Source: Akkermansiaceae bacterium
Lineage (GTDB): Bacteria > Verrucomicrobiota > Verrucomicrobiia > Verrucomicrobiales > Akkermansiaceae
Assembly (NCBI GenBank): GCA_051251915.1
Contig: JBPOGF010000007.1
Span: 1-64,000 of the forward strand
Reading direction: 5' to 3'
DNA length: 64,000 bases
Shown: positions 27,530 through 37,394 of the stretch, piece by piece
How the letters are laid out: the number at the start of each line of letters is the position of its first letter
How positions within the stretch are numbered: the stretch's first letter is position 1
The notes under the pieces: model-generated
What the model saw: only the letters and a program-made list of their open reading frames with translations
Told to the model about the DNA's origin: nothing
Database searches by the model: none
Position numbers and translations under genes: made by a program

Positions 27530-29776
27530 TTATTCTACGATGATGGCTCTAGGTGGTGAGTTTGCTGAGTTTGGTTCTACGATGATGGCGCGGTTTTTGA
27601 TGGAGCCTGCGGGGTATCTGGAGTCGGCTTTTTTCATGTAGTCTGCCCAGATGGGGAGGGCGAGTGAGGCTCCGGTGGCGCCGCGGTATACAGTAGAGTT
27701 ATCGTCCATTCCTACCCAGACTGCGCATGTGAGTCTGGAGGTGTAGCCGGCGAACCATCCGTCACGGGAGTCATTGGTGGTGCCAGTTTTGCCGGCTGCT
27801 GGTTTGCGGAATCCGTAGGTGGATCTTAGTCTGCTGGCGGTGCCGCTGTTGGTGACTTGTTCTAGGATGTTAGAGACGGCGCGGGAGGCGGATTTAGATG
27901 CGTGGTTATCCCAGCCCATGATGCCGGAGCCTTTGTAGACTGTGTTGCCGTCTTTATCTAGGATTTCATTGATGAGGTATGGGCGGTAAACGATGCAGTC
28001 ATTTGGGAAGGCTGTGTATGCGGTGGCTACTTCGATGGGGGTGGCGGCGAATGCTCCGAGGTAGATGGATGGTTGGTGCGGGATGTCTTGTTTGAAGCCA
28101 GCTTGCTGGGCGGTGTGGATGACGGTATTCAGACCGGCAACGTTTCCAACACGAATGGCTGGGGTGTTACGGGACTGGGCGAGAGCTTCTGAGATTCTGA
28201 TGCTTCCTCGGTAGGTGTTGTCTGAGTTTTTAGGGTGCCAGTTAGGGTCTGCGCCGTTGATCTCACCTCGGTAGATGCGGTCATCGCTGATGTATTGGTG
28301 GGGGCTCATTCCTTTGTCGAAGGCGGCGAGGTATACGAAGGGCTTGAAGATGGAGCCTATCTGTCGCTTGGCGTGGGTGGCGCGGTTGTATTCTGAGTGG
28401 TAGGGGTTTCTTCCTCCTACGATGGATACGATGCCGCCGGTGTGGTTTTCGATACAGACGAGTGCGCCTTGGACGTATTGTGGATCACTGCGGTTGTTGT
28501 GCTGGATGTTGCTGTATTGGGAGTGGGTTTGGTGGAGTTGGAAATAGGATGGCTTGCGCTCGATGGTGCGGAGGTGGTCTTGGAGTGCGCGCTCGGCGTT
28601 TTTCTGGAGTTCGAAGTCGAGGGTTGTTTTGATGGTGAGTCCGCCCATTTTGATGTTATTTTTTTCGAGGATGATGTCGAGCTCACGTTCGAGGGTGGAC
28701 ATGACGTAGGACTTCTTGTTCATGCGGCGCTCAGGCGGGCGGATGTGGATGTCTTCCTTCATGGCGGCGTCTGCTTCTGCCTGGGTGATGAGGTCGTATT
28801 GGACCATGGAGCGGAGGGTGATGTCGCGTTTTTTGATGGCGCGGTCGTAGTGTCTGAATGGGGTGAATGCGTTAGGAGCGCTGATGATGCCGGCTAGCAT
28901 GGCTGACTCACTGAGGGTGAGTTCAGAGGCGGATTTTTCGAAGTAGTTTCTTGATGCGGATTCGATGCCTTTGATGGAGCCGCCCCAGAAGATGCGGTTC
29001 ATGTACATTTCTAGGATTTGTTTTTTAGAGAAGTTGGCTTCTATTTTTTTGGCGAGTGCCATTTCGAGAAACTTGCCGTCGATGCTTTTGCCATCGTAGC
29101 GGAATGAATTTTCAGCGAGTTGCATGGAGAGTGTGGAGCCGCCTTGGCGGCTGCCTTCTAGGATGAGAACTTTGGCGCTTCTGGCGAGGCCGCGGAGGTC
29201 AACTCCGCTGTGTTGGTAGAATCTGGCGTCTTCACGTGCGATGAGTGCTTTGATGAAGTGGTCTGAGACGTTTTCGTATTTAGCGAGGAAGCGGTTGTCT
29301 CCGTGTAGGTGGCCGACGGGTTCGCCGTTACGGTCTAGAATAGTGCTACGAGAGGGCATTTTAGCGACGAGTTCTTTATCGAAAATGATGCTGGCTCTGG
29401 AGCTGTAGATGGACCAGAGAATGGTGAAGAAAATGAGGCCAAGAATGAGGGGGGGGAAGGTGATACGGGCGGCCCATTTGGGGAAGGTGGACCAGCGTTT
29501 GGTTTTGTTGTGGGTGACGCGGAATGGGAAGGTGATGGTCTTCCAGATGAAGAGGAAGAAGCCAGTGAATATGTTGCCTACTTTGAAAGAGTTCTTTTTC
29601 TTGGCTCTTTTTTTAGCGTTCTTTTTGGTGACTGCGTGCTGGGCGCCGAATTTTATTTTTGCACGAGGGTTGCGTGGTGGGGTGCTGGGTGGGGAGGATT
29701 TAGCCGCCGTGCCTTTGGTGGTGGATTTACGCGCAGTTTTCCGTGGCGATGTTCTCGTTGTTTTTTTGGCAGGCAT
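27530..29776 (-). CDS. penicillin-binding protein 1A family (bifunctional transglycosylase/transpeptidase)
   Basis: EDARFYQHSGVD, GGSTLSMQL, GSIFKPF (SxxK), SRN and GKTGT; basic N-terminal tail and TM helix. Confidence 0.92.
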   Translation of the reverse strand: MPAKKTTRTSPRKTARKSTTKGTAAKSSPPSTPPRNPRAKIKFGAQHAVTKKNAKKRAKKKNSFKVGNIFTGFFLFIWKTITFPFRVTHNKTKRWSTFPKWAARITFPPLILGLIFFTILWSIYSSRASIIFDKELVAKMPSRSTILDRNGEPVGHLHGDNRFLAKYENVSDHFIKALIAREDARFYQHSGVDLRGLARSAKVLILEGSRQGGSTLSMQLAENSFRYDGKSIDGKFLEMALAKKIEANFSKKQILEMYMNRIFWGGSIKGIESASRNYFEKSASELTLSESAMLAGIISAPNAFTPFRHYDRAIKKRDITLRSMVQYDLITQAEADAAMKEDIHIRPPERRMNKKSYVMSTLERELDIILEKNNIKMGGLTIKTTLDFELQKNAERALQDHLRTIERKPSYFQLHQTHSQYSNIQHNNRSDPQYVQGALVCIENHTGGIVSIVGGRNPYHSEYNRATHAKRQIGSIFKPFVYLAAFDKGMSPHQYISDDRIYRGEINGADPNWHPKNSDNTYRGSIRISEALAQSRNTPAIRVGNVAGLNTVIHTAQQAGFKQDIPHQPSIYLGAFAATPIEVATAYTAFPNDCIVYRPYLINEILDKDGNTVYKGSGIMGWDNHASKSASRAVSNILEQVTNSGTASRLRSTYGFRKPAAGKTGTTNDSRDGWFAGYTSRLTCAVWVGMDDNSTVYRGATGASLALPIWADYMKKADSRYPAGSIKNRAIIVEPNSANSPPRAIIVE

Positions 29777-30130
29777 GATTAGGTTACTATGTTTATTTTG
29801 GGGAAAAACAGGGCGATGTTAAAGCGAATTCACATAAATACGCGAAATAAGTCGAGGTGCTTACATTAGGTTACATCTGGAAACTAGCATCGATGCGGTT
29901 TATTTGATAATTATTTAAAATAAGCAAGTGAAAGTTAAGGGCTCATCTGGCAACTGCCGACTCTACTGTTTAGAATGAGTGAGCTAAGGATTTGTAAGCG
30001 AAGTTTATTGGGGTGATAGGGAAAGCCTTTGGGGGCAAGGGGTGAGAGTGGCAAGAAGCTCCCTTAATTGTTGAAAAGTGAACAATTTCTTGAGAATGGG
30101 CTTGAGTGTGTTCATTATGGGGGGGTAACG

Positions 30131-31204
30131 ATGAAGGAGAAAGAGACAAAGGCGGTGATGATTTTAGCGATCGAGTCCAGTTGTGATGAGACGGCGGTGG
30201 CTATTCTTAGGGATGCAGCGGGCGATGGTAAGAAGGTGGAGGTGTTGTGCTCGGAGATTAGTTCGCAGATAGAGATTCATCGGGAGTATGGTGGGGTGGT
30301 GCCTGAGTTGGCGTCGCGGAATCATTCATTGGCGTTGCTGCCGCTGGTGCGGACGGCGCTGGAAAATGCTGGGGTGGGGATAGATGAGATGGATGGATTT
30401 TGTGCTACGGCGGGGCCTGGGTTGGCGTCTTCATTGCTGATAGGTCATACGGCGGCTAAGGCGATGTCGGTGGCTACAGGGAAACCTTTTATTTCGGTGA
30501 ATCATATGGAGGGGCATTTGTTGTCGCCATTTATCTCAAGGGAGAATGGGGTGGAGCCGAACGTGGCGCTGGTGGTGTCTGGTGGTCATACGATGATTAT
30601 TGAGAATGAGGGATTTGGCGAGTATGAGCTGATAGGGAAGACGCTGGATGATGCGGCTGGGGAGGCTTTTGATAAGGTGGCGAAGATGTTGCAGTTACCT
30701 TATCCTGGTGGACCGGAGATTGAGAAATGTGCGTTGGGAGGTGATGATAAGGCGTATGCATTTCCTAGGTCGATGATGAAGAAGCCGCATTTTGATTTTT
30801 CTTTTTCTGGGTTGAAGACGGCGGTGCTTTATACGCTGAGTGAGCTGGATACGGATGAGGGGAAGCCTAGGGAGGGTGATTTACCTGATCTGTGTGCTTC
30901 GTTTCAGCGGGCGGTGATTGATGTATTGGTGGCGAAGACGATGCGGGCTGTTAGGGAGCGGGGGCTTAGTAAACTGAGTTTGTCTGGTGGGGTGTCTTGT
31001 AATAAGGCGTTGCGTGGTGCATTTGAGGTGGCGTGCGGTGAGGTGGGGGTGGAGTTATTGATTTGTTCACCTCATTTGAGCACGGATAATGCGGCGATGA
31101 TTGGGTATGTGGGGGTGCAGAAATTTATCCGTGGGGAGTTCTCTGACTTGTCCTGTGATGTGAATCCGAATATGTTGTTGAATGCGATCAAGCTAAGGAA
31201 GTAA
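30131..31204 (+). CDS. tsaD: tRNA N6-threonylcarbamoyladenosine transferase
   Basis: LAIESSCDET, GGVVPELASRNH, HMEGH, VSGGHT, TLDDAAGEAFDK, FSFSGLKT and TDNAAMI; start could be ATG 30158. Confidence 0.97.
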   Translation: MKEKETKAVMILAIESSCDETAVAILRDAAGDGKKVEVLCSEISSQIEIHREYGGVVPELASRNHSLALLPLVRTALENAGVGIDEMDGFCATAGPGLASSLLIGHTAAKAMSVATGKPFISVNHMEGHLLSPFISRENGVEPNVALVVSGGHTMIIENEGFGEYELIGKTLDDAAGEAFDKVAKMLQLPYPGGPEIEKCALGGDDKAYAFPRSMMKKPHFDFSFSGLKTAVLYTLSELDTDEGKPREGDLPDLCASFQRAVIDVLVAKTMRAVRERGLSKLSLSGGVSCNKALRGAFEVACGEVGVELLICSPHLSTDNAAMIGYVGVQKFIRGEFSDLSCDVNPNMLLNAIKLRK

Positions 31205-31222
31205 ACTTGGGAGAGTCTGTGG

Positions 31223-31250
31223 AATGTAAAATTTCTGATAATTTTACATT
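31223..31250. promoter_or_regulatory. AT-rich perfect inverted repeat, candidate operator
   Basis: AATGTAAAATT-tctgat-AATTTTACATT upstream of a TTGCAC -35-like hexamer (31268). Confidence 0.4.
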
Positions 31251-31320
31251 TTAATGGTGATCGTGACTTGCACAGTGGGGTTTATCTGTCAAAACTGCTG
31301 GAAGAACACATTCTATCTTT

Positions 31321-32580
31321 ATGGCAAACACTGAAACACCACCAACAGACTCAAGTCCTAAGCAAGACGCGGCTCCGAGCAATACAGCGGCTCCGGCTAA
31401 TCACTCTCAGACTAACAATCCGAATCCTAATATGGTGATGGCGTTAGTGTTGCTCTTTATGTTGATTATTGGTTTAGGTATTGCCTTTTTTTACAAGGGG
31501 AAAGAGGTTAGTGATGGGGGAGAAACGGTTAGTGAGAAGCAGGCATTGCAGAGACAGATAGAGGCTGAGCGAGGGGGTGGCACTCCTGATAACCGCGCAT
31601 CTGCGGCGGCGCTGGAGGGGAGAATTTCTGCGATTTTAGACAATACTCATAAGATTCAGTCTGAGTTTCAAATGATGAAGGATGGATATGCAGACGCGCA
31701 GGAGAAACTGAGGCGTGCGGGGAATGAGGTGCAGGGGAATATGAATACGATATCTAGACTTGGAAGTGAGAATACGGCTCTTAAAGGCCAGATCGCTCAA
31801 TTACAGAATCTAGCAAGAAGTGCTCAGGCGTATCAGAACCAGGCACAACAGTATGCTAATAGTAATGCGGAAAAAGATGCATTGATTGCGACGCTTCAGG
31901 GGCGACCTAGTAATGAGAGTATGCAGCAGCTTAAGCAGACTTTGAGTAGCGAGCAGCTTACGAAAACAGAGCTTAGCCGTAAGATAGTGGAGCTGGAGCA
32001 GAAAATGTTATCGATGGTGGATGCTACTGAGGCGAATGAGAATAAAGATCTTGTTGTTGAGCTTCAGGATCAAAACGAAGTCTTGAGGAGACAGCTTCAG
32101 GCATTACAGACTAGTGTTGATTTTGCTAAATTATTTGTGAAGTCGCATATGAAGCTTCCGGTGAATGCGCAGGCACTTTATACAGAATTGAAGGGGTTAG
32201 AGGGATTCAGTGAGGAGAAGCTTCGTGCTGCTTACACTAGAATAGCGACTGAGCTTAATGCGGAGAATCTACAGCAAGTGAGATTTGCTACAGGGTCATC
32301 TATTTTAAATTTCACTGACCAGACAACGATTAAGAATAAGTTGGATACTACTAGTGGATCTGATTATTTCCTGGTGGTTGGTTATGCTTCAAATACTGGT
32401 GATGCGGCGATGAATGAGAAGCTCTCAGCGCAACGTGCTACGGCGGTAGCTTCTATTGTTAACCAGCTTAAGAAAGATGGGCAGGATGTGCGCGCGGTTT
32501 TCCTAGGACAGACTAATCGATTTTCAAAATCAGTGAATGCTGAGAACCAGCTTTGTGAGATCTGGAGAATCAAGAAGTAG
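31321..32580 (+). CDS. membrane-anchored coiled-coil protein with C-terminal OmpA/MotB-like domain
   Basis: Single TM helix, long heptad region, VRFATGSS...VVGYAS.TG....N.KLS.QRA.AV. Confidence 0.85.
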   Translation: MANTETPPTDSSPKQDAAPSNTAAPANHSQTNNPNPNMVMALVLLFMLIIGLGIAFFYKGKEVSDGGETVSEKQALQRQIEAERGGGTPDNRASAAALEGRISAILDNTHKIQSEFQMMKDGYADAQEKLRRAGNEVQGNMNTISRLGSENTALKGQIAQLQNLARSAQAYQNQAQQYANSNAEKDALIATLQGRPSNESMQQLKQTLSSEQLTKTELSRKIVELEQKMLSMVDATEANENKDLVVELQDQNEVLRRQLQALQTSVDFAKLFVKSHMKLPVNAQALYTELKGLEGFSEEKLRAAYTRIATELNAENLQQVRFATGSSILNFTDQTTIKNKLDTTSGSDYFLVVGYASNTGDAAMNEKLSAQRATAVASIVNQLKKDGQDVRAVFLGQTNRFSKSVNAENQLCEIWRIKK

Positions 32581-32695
32581 TTAGAAGAGACTTCAAATTT
32601 ACAGGTCATTTTTTATCTAGCGCATTTCATGCGGAGGTATTTTAAAATACTCTTCGGGCTGGTGAACATGTTGGTTGCGAGAGGTTGCCATTACA

Positions 32696-32729
32696 GCTCT
32701 AACAGGTTGTTCTGTTAGAGCATTTTTTT
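32696..32729 (+). terminator. intrinsic terminator overlapping the nagA stop
   Basis: GCTCTAACAG-gttgtt-CTGTTAGAGC followed by A and T7. Confidence 0.65.
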
Positions 32730-33851
32730 GCCGTTGATGAAGGTTTGGGTGCAGTTGAAGTCTTTATCTAACAGGGTGATGTCTGCGTGGAAGCCCGGGG
32801 TTATTTTGCCTACTTTTTCAAGGCCTAGGGATTGGGCTTGATTCCAGGATGTGGCTTTGACTATTTCAGTTAAGGGGAGGCCTGTGACTGTGGAGACGAT
32901 TGCTATGCCTTCGTTATAGACGAGGGTGGAGCCTGCCAGTGCTCCGCCGTCTTTGAGTCTGGCGACTTTGTTTTCTATGACTACGTCTAGTCCGCCGAGT
33001 TGGCATTCGCCGTTGTTGATCCATGATCCCGCCATGGAATCTGTGATCATAATGATCTGGTCAATGGGTTTGGTTTTGAAGATGAGTTTGAGGAAGTCTG
33101 GTGCTAGGTGGATGCCGTCGCAGATGAGTTCTAGTTTTAGGTCATCGTCTAGGAGGCCGGTTCCGATCATGCCAATTTCGCGGTGGTGGAGCGGGGTCAT
33201 GGCGTTGCCAAAGTGGGTGAGGTGTGTGAGACCGGCTTCTTTTGCGGCGAGGGTTTGTGCGTGGGTTGCTTCTGAGTGGGCGGCAGATGAGGAGATGCCG
33301 AGGGATTTTGCTTCACGGATGACGGTGCAGGCACTGGGTCTGCATGGGGCTATGGAGAGGACTTTTGCAGGGGCGATGGAGTGGATCTCTTTTAACTCCT
33401 CTATGTTTGGTTCGCGGACGTATTGAGGGTTTTGGGCGCCTGCTTTTGTGGGGTTAATGAATGGGCCTTCGATGTGGAGTCCTGGGGTTTTGGCGAATTC
33501 CTGATTGCTCATGTACTGGGCACATTTCTGAGCAATTTCTAATAGCTTTGGTTGTGGTTGGGTGAGGGTGGTGGGGAGCCAGGTGGTGACGCCTTCGCGG
33601 AGTTTTGTTTTGGCGATGTGACGGATGCTTTCGAGGTCGTTGTCGCAGACGTCTTTGGAGTCGGCTCCGTGGGAGTGGATGTCTATGAATCCAGGGAACG
33701 CGTATTGGCCATCGGCATCGTAGATTTCGTCAGAATCTGGGAGGTTGTTAGAGTCTTGGTGGACTTTGATTATTTTGCCGTCTTGGATTTCGATGGCACC
33801 ACCTATGATTTCGAGGTTAGGCGAGATGATGTGGGCGTTGGTGATGAGCAT
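32715..33851 (-). CDS. nagA: N-acetylglucosamine-6-phosphate deacetylase
   Basis: PGFIDIHSHG, GVTTWLPT, GLHIEGPFIN, THFGNAM, ICDGIH, ITDSM and LAGS. Confidence 0.95.
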   Translation of the reverse strand: MLITNAHIISPNLEIIGGAIEIQDGKIIKVHQDSNNLPDSDEIYDADGQYAFPGFIDIHSHGADSKDVCDNDLESIRHIAKTKLREGVTTWLPTTLTQPQPKLLEIAQKCAQYMSNQEFAKTPGLHIEGPFINPTKAGAQNPQYVREPNIEELKEIHSIAPAKVLSIAPCRPSACTVIREAKSLGISSSAAHSEATHAQTLAAKEAGLTHLTHFGNAMTPLHHREIGMIGTGLLDDDLKLELICDGIHLAPDFLKLIFKTKPIDQIIMITDSMAGSWINNGECQLGGLDVVIENKVARLKDGGALAGSTLVYNEGIAIVSTVTGLPLTEIVKATSWNQAQSLGLEKVGKITPGFHADITLLDKDFNCTQTFINGKKML

Positions 33852-33891
33852 GACCTTGAATTAGCATAAGATGGCGCATCATGGCCATGAC

Positions 33892-34326
33892 TTAAATCTT
33901 AACCAAGGGGTTCTTTTTTAATCTGGACCACATGAAATAGCAGTAATAGGCGCCGGCGAGGGAGCCTGAGATGTCGGCTGCCCAGTCGGCGGGGTCATTG
34001 CCTGTTCTGCCGGGGGTTTTAGTTTGGTGGTATTCATCAATGGCTCCGACGAGTGCACCGGTGAGAAAAGTCACGAGTATGATGCGTTTCCAGTTCCATG
34101 GGAGGGATTTCTTTAAGTGGAGGAAATTAGCAAAACAGAATCCGCCTGCCATATAGTAGCAGAAGTGGGCTACTTTATCTAAATGGGGGATCTTGAGTGC
34201 ATCTTTTATCTCTGGGTTACCGGAGGAGAGTAGCCATAGTGTGACAAACCAGATGATCCATGTTCCGATCCAGAATTTGTGGTTTGATGGGAGTTGGCGA
34301 TAGCACCAATCTGGAAACTTAAACAT
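33892..34326 (-). CDS. VanZ family membrane protein
   Basis: DKVAHF..Y, GAIDEYHQ..TPGR...D..AD. Confidence 0.9.
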   Translation of the reverse strand: MFKFPDWCYRQLPSNHKFWIGTWIIWFVTLWLLSSGNPEIKDALKIPHLDKVAHFCYYMAGGFCFANFLHLKKSLPWNWKRIILVTFLTGALVGAIDEYHQTKTPGRTGNDPADWAADISGSLAGAYYCYFMWSRLKKNPLVKI

Positions 34327-34359
34327 GTCTCAAGTGAGCAATGGTTAATAACAGAGATT

Positions 34360-34653
34360 TTACTTAGGGCTTGTGTCTCCGTCTGAGCGTCTGGTCTCGT
34401 CTTCTAGGCGTTCGGAGAGCCATTGTTTCATCATTGACTGGTAGTTTAGATAACGGCTGCGTGCCATGCGCTTGATGCGTGAGAGCATGCGTGGGTCGAA
34501 TCTAAGTGTGATGGTGGTGGATTCACGTGAGTCTGGTTCGTGGACTGAGCCGTTCATAAGGTCTCCATCGAGTTCGTGAACTTGCCAGAAATCATATTCT
34601 TCTTCTTCGTCTTCAAACTCAGGTAAATCAGACCAATCTTTAATTGTTTTCAT
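34360..34653 (-). CDS. CopG/BrnA-like ribbon-helix-helix antitoxin
   Basis: LPEF..EEEE..FW..H acidic N-terminus and ITLRFD..ML..IK..A....NYQSMMKQWL RHH pattern. Confidence 0.85.
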   Translation of the reverse strand: MKTIKDWSDLPEFEDEEEEYDFWQVHELDGDLMNGSVHEPDSRESTTITLRFDPRMLSRIKRMARSRYLNYQSMMKQWLSERLEDETRRSDGDTSPK

Positions 34654-34671
34654 AGGAAATAGTGTGTGAGC

Positions 34672-34950
34672 TTATTTAAATTCTGCGTAGCGTCTGTCGT
34701 AGAAGCGTTTTTCGCCTTCTGAAAGTGCACGGACTGAGATCATTCGGGCTTTTTTACCATCTGTCCAGAAGCAGAGGAATAGGTAGCGGTCTGCGATGGT
34801 TCTGCCGATCATGTAGTAGCGAGATTCACCGTCCTCACGGTCGTGGTCAGGTAGTATTCTGACTGTGAAGGGGTCTTCCATGACCTCTTCTATTTCGCGG
34901 GGCTTATATTCCTTAAGGTCAATGAGGGTATCTATTAAATCGAGTTCCAT
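34672..34950 (-). CDS. BrnT-like (DUF497) toxin-family protein
   Basis: EIEEVMEDP...GESRYYMIGRT..RYLF..F.....RMISVR.LS..EKRFY; ATG 34950 preferred over 35013. Confidence 0.8.
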   Translation of the reverse strand: MELDLIDTLIDLKEYKPREIEEVMEDPFTVRILPDHDREDGESRYYMIGRTIADRYLFLCFWTDGKKARMISVRALSEGEKRFYDRRYAEFK

Positions 34951-35011
34951 ATCTGTTGCTATTCGCGTTGAGTCTATACACATATGAACGTGATGCACAT
35001 TATTTTTTTTC

Positions 35012-35072
35012 ATTACCGTTATTAACGGGTTTAATGACTGGCATTAATGATTTTAATTACTGTTATTAATGG
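35012..35072. promoter_or_regulatory. paired 17-bp operator-like boxes in the divergent brnT/sucC region
   Basis: ATTACCGTTATTAACGG (35012) and ATTACTGTTATTAATGG (35056), 15/17 identical, 44 bp apart; the first contains the palindrome CCGTT-att-AACGG. Confidence 0.45.
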
Positions 35073-35154
35073 AGGATCTCTGCCATTTCACCTTGACTAT
35101 AAGACCAATACCCTTTTGAACTAATGCATCACCCAAAATGGAGTGATTTGACCA

Positions 35155-36339
35155 ATGAATATTCACGAGTATCAAGCCAAAGAGCTATTTGAAAAGTTCG
35201 GAGTGCCAAGCCCCAACGGGCAAGTAGCAGGCACTGCTGAAGAAGCGGAAGCAGCAGCCAATGCAATTGGTGGCAGCGGATTAGTTGTTAAAGCACAGGT
35301 TCACGCAGGTGGCCGTGGTAAAGGCACATTTAAGAACGGATTTAAAGGTGGGGTGCATCTTGCAGATACACCGGCTGAGATCAAAGAGCTAGCAGCACAG
35401 ATGCTAGGGCAGACGCTTGTGACTCACCAGACTGGTGAAGAGGGACGTTTGGTGAGCAAGGTGATGATTGCTGAGTCAGTAGACATTGAGAGTGAGTTTT
35501 ACCTTTCTATCCTACTTGACCGTGCGACTTGTCAGCCAGTGATCGTAGCATCTACTGAAGGAGGAATGGACATTGAGGCTGTTGCTGAGAATACTCCTGA
35601 GAAGATCATCAAGGAGTTCGTTCACCCACTTGCGGGGCTTCAGCCTTATCAGGTGCGTAAGCTTACTAAGGTGTATGGCCTTACTGGTGATACAGCGAAG
35701 CAATTTGCTAAGTTGATCAAGAATCTTTATAAGCTCTTCATTGCTTGTGACTGTGACATGGTGGAAATTAACCCGCTTGTGGTTACTCCTGATGGTGATG
35801 TGTTGGCTCTCGATGCTAAGTTTGGTTTCGATGACAATGCTCTTTACCGTCACCCAGAGATCGTAGCGATGCGTGACACTTCTGAGGAAGATCCTCGTGA
35901 AGTTGAGGCATCAAAGTTTGACCTTAATTACATTGGTCTCGACGGCAACATTGCTTGTCTTGTGAATGGAGCTGGTCTTGCGATGGCTACTATGGACATC
36001 ATCAAACATTGTGGTGGTGATCCTGCCAACTTCCTCGATGTAGGGGGTGGTGCTACTAAAGAACAGGTTGCAGCAGCATTTAAGATCATCCTTGCTGATC
36101 CTAAGGTAGAGGGTATCTTGGTAAACATTTTCGGTGGTATCATGCAGTGTGACATCATTGCAGAAGGTATCTTGGCAGCAGCGGCTGAGACAGGACTTAG
36201 CATCCCACTTGTCGTGAGGCTTGAGGGAACTAACGTGGCTGAAGGGCGCGCGCTCATTGCAGCTTCTGATCTAGCTGTGATTCCTGCAGATAACCTTAAC
36301 GACGCAGCGGAGAAAATCGTTGCAGCGGTAAAAGGATAA
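35155..36339 (+). CDS. sucC: succinyl-CoA synthetase beta subunit
   Basis: [47 protein letters not shown] and NIFGGI. Confidence 0.98.
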   Translation: MNIHEYQAKELFEKFGVPSPNGQVAGTAEEAEAAANAIGGSGLVVKAQVHAGGRGKGTFKNGFKGGVHLADTPAEIKELAAQMLGQTLVTHQTGEEGRLVSKVMIAESVDIESEFYLSILLDRATCQPVIVASTEGGMDIEAVAENTPEKIIKEFVHPLAGLQPYQVRKLTKVYGLTGDTAKQFAKLIKNLYKLFIACDCDMVEINPLVVTPDGDVLALDAKFGFDDNALYRHPEIVAMRDTSEEDPREVEASKFDLNYIGLDGNIACLVNGAGLAMATMDIIKHCGGDPANFLDVGGGATKEQVAAAFKIILADPKVEGILVNIFGGIMQCDIIAEGILAAAAETGLSIPLVVRLEGTNVAEGRALIAASDLAVIPADNLNDAAEKIVAAVKG

Positions 36340-36375
36340 ACTAATCAATATTAACTACTCACTTTAAAATAAAAA

Positions 36376-37272
36376 ATGTCAATTCTAGTAGATGAAAACA
36401 CAAAGGTGCTCGTTCAGGGTATCACGGGTGGATTCGGTGGAAAGCACGCACAGCTTTCTCTCGACTACGGCACTAAGATCGTAGCAGGTGTCACACCGGG
36501 TAAAGGTGGACAAACATTCGGAACAAGCACTCCAATTTACGACACCGTATCTGAGGCAGCTTATCAAGCAGGCGCAACAGTTTCTGCGATCTTCGTTCCA
36601 CCTCCGTTCGCCGCTGATGCGATTTTGGAGGCAGTGGATGCGGGTATGGAGCTCGTGATCGCGATTACTGAAGGTATTCCTGTAGCGGATATGATGCGTG
36701 TCAAGGCAGCGATGCAAGGTAGCAAGACTCGTCTTATCGGGCCTAACTGCCCTGGTGTTGTGACACCTGGTCGCGGCGAAGGTTCACATGGTGGTTGCCG
36801 TATTGGTATTGCACCAGGATACATTCATAAGCGTGGAAACGTGGGTGTTGTGTCACGTTCAGGAACTCTTACTTATGAGGCGGTATATCAGCTTACTGAG
36901 CTTGGTTATGGTCAGTCTACATGTGTGGGCATTGGTGGTGATCCGATCAATGGGACTTCACACCTTGATGTTCTTAAGATGTTCAATGACGACGACGAGA
37001 CTGAAGCGATCATCATGATCGGTGAGATTGGTGGTAATGCTGAAGCGGAGGCAGCTCGTTGGGCTGCAGAGAACTGCAAGAAGCCGATTGCTGGATTCAT
37101 CGCGGGTGCTACAGCGCCTCCGGGACGCCGCATGGGGCACGCGGGTGCTATTGTTGGTGGTGAGGAGGATACAGCTGAAGCTAAGAAGAAGATTCTAGCT
37201 GAATGCGGTATTGCTGTTTCTGAGACTCCATCGAACATGGGTCGCACGCTTGTTGATATGCTCAAGAAGTAA
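36376..37272 (+). CDS. sucD: succinyl-CoA synthetase alpha subunit
   Basis: [35 protein letters not shown] and RMGHAGA. Confidence 0.98.
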   Translation: MSILVDENTKVLVQGITGGFGGKHAQLSLDYGTKIVAGVTPGKGGQTFGTSTPIYDTVSEAAYQAGATVSAIFVPPPFAADAILEAVDAGMELVIAITEGIPVADMMRVKAAMQGSKTRLIGPNCPGVVTPGRGEGSHGGCRIGIAPGYIHKRGNVGVVSRSGTLTYEAVYQLTELGYGQSTCVGIGGDPINGTSHLDVLKMFNDDDETEAIIMIGEIGGNAEAEAARWAAENCKKPIAGFIAGATAPPGRRMGHAGAIVGGEEDTAEAKKKILAECGIAVSETPSNMGRTLVDMLKK

Positions 37273-37276
37273 TGGG

Positions 37277-37322
37277 GTGATCTGTTGGTGGTGATCAGTG
37301 ATCGGTGCCAGCTTGATGGAGC
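37277..37322 (+). repeat. dispersed element, copy F
   Basis: gtgatct gttggtg gtgatca gtgatcg then core ccagcttgatggagc; no clear leading hairpin. Confidence 0.7.
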
Positions 37323-37335
37323 TCTGACTGTTTTT

Positions 37336-37374
37336 AAAACGCTCTCTGGGGATTACCTGGAGAGCGTTTTTTTT
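37336..37374. terminator. intrinsic terminator after sucD (probably bidirectional)
   Basis: AAAACGCTCTC...GAGAGCGTTTT followed by further Ts. Confidence 0.8.
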
Positions 37375-37394
37375 GTGGTGTGGTGGCTGGGTGG

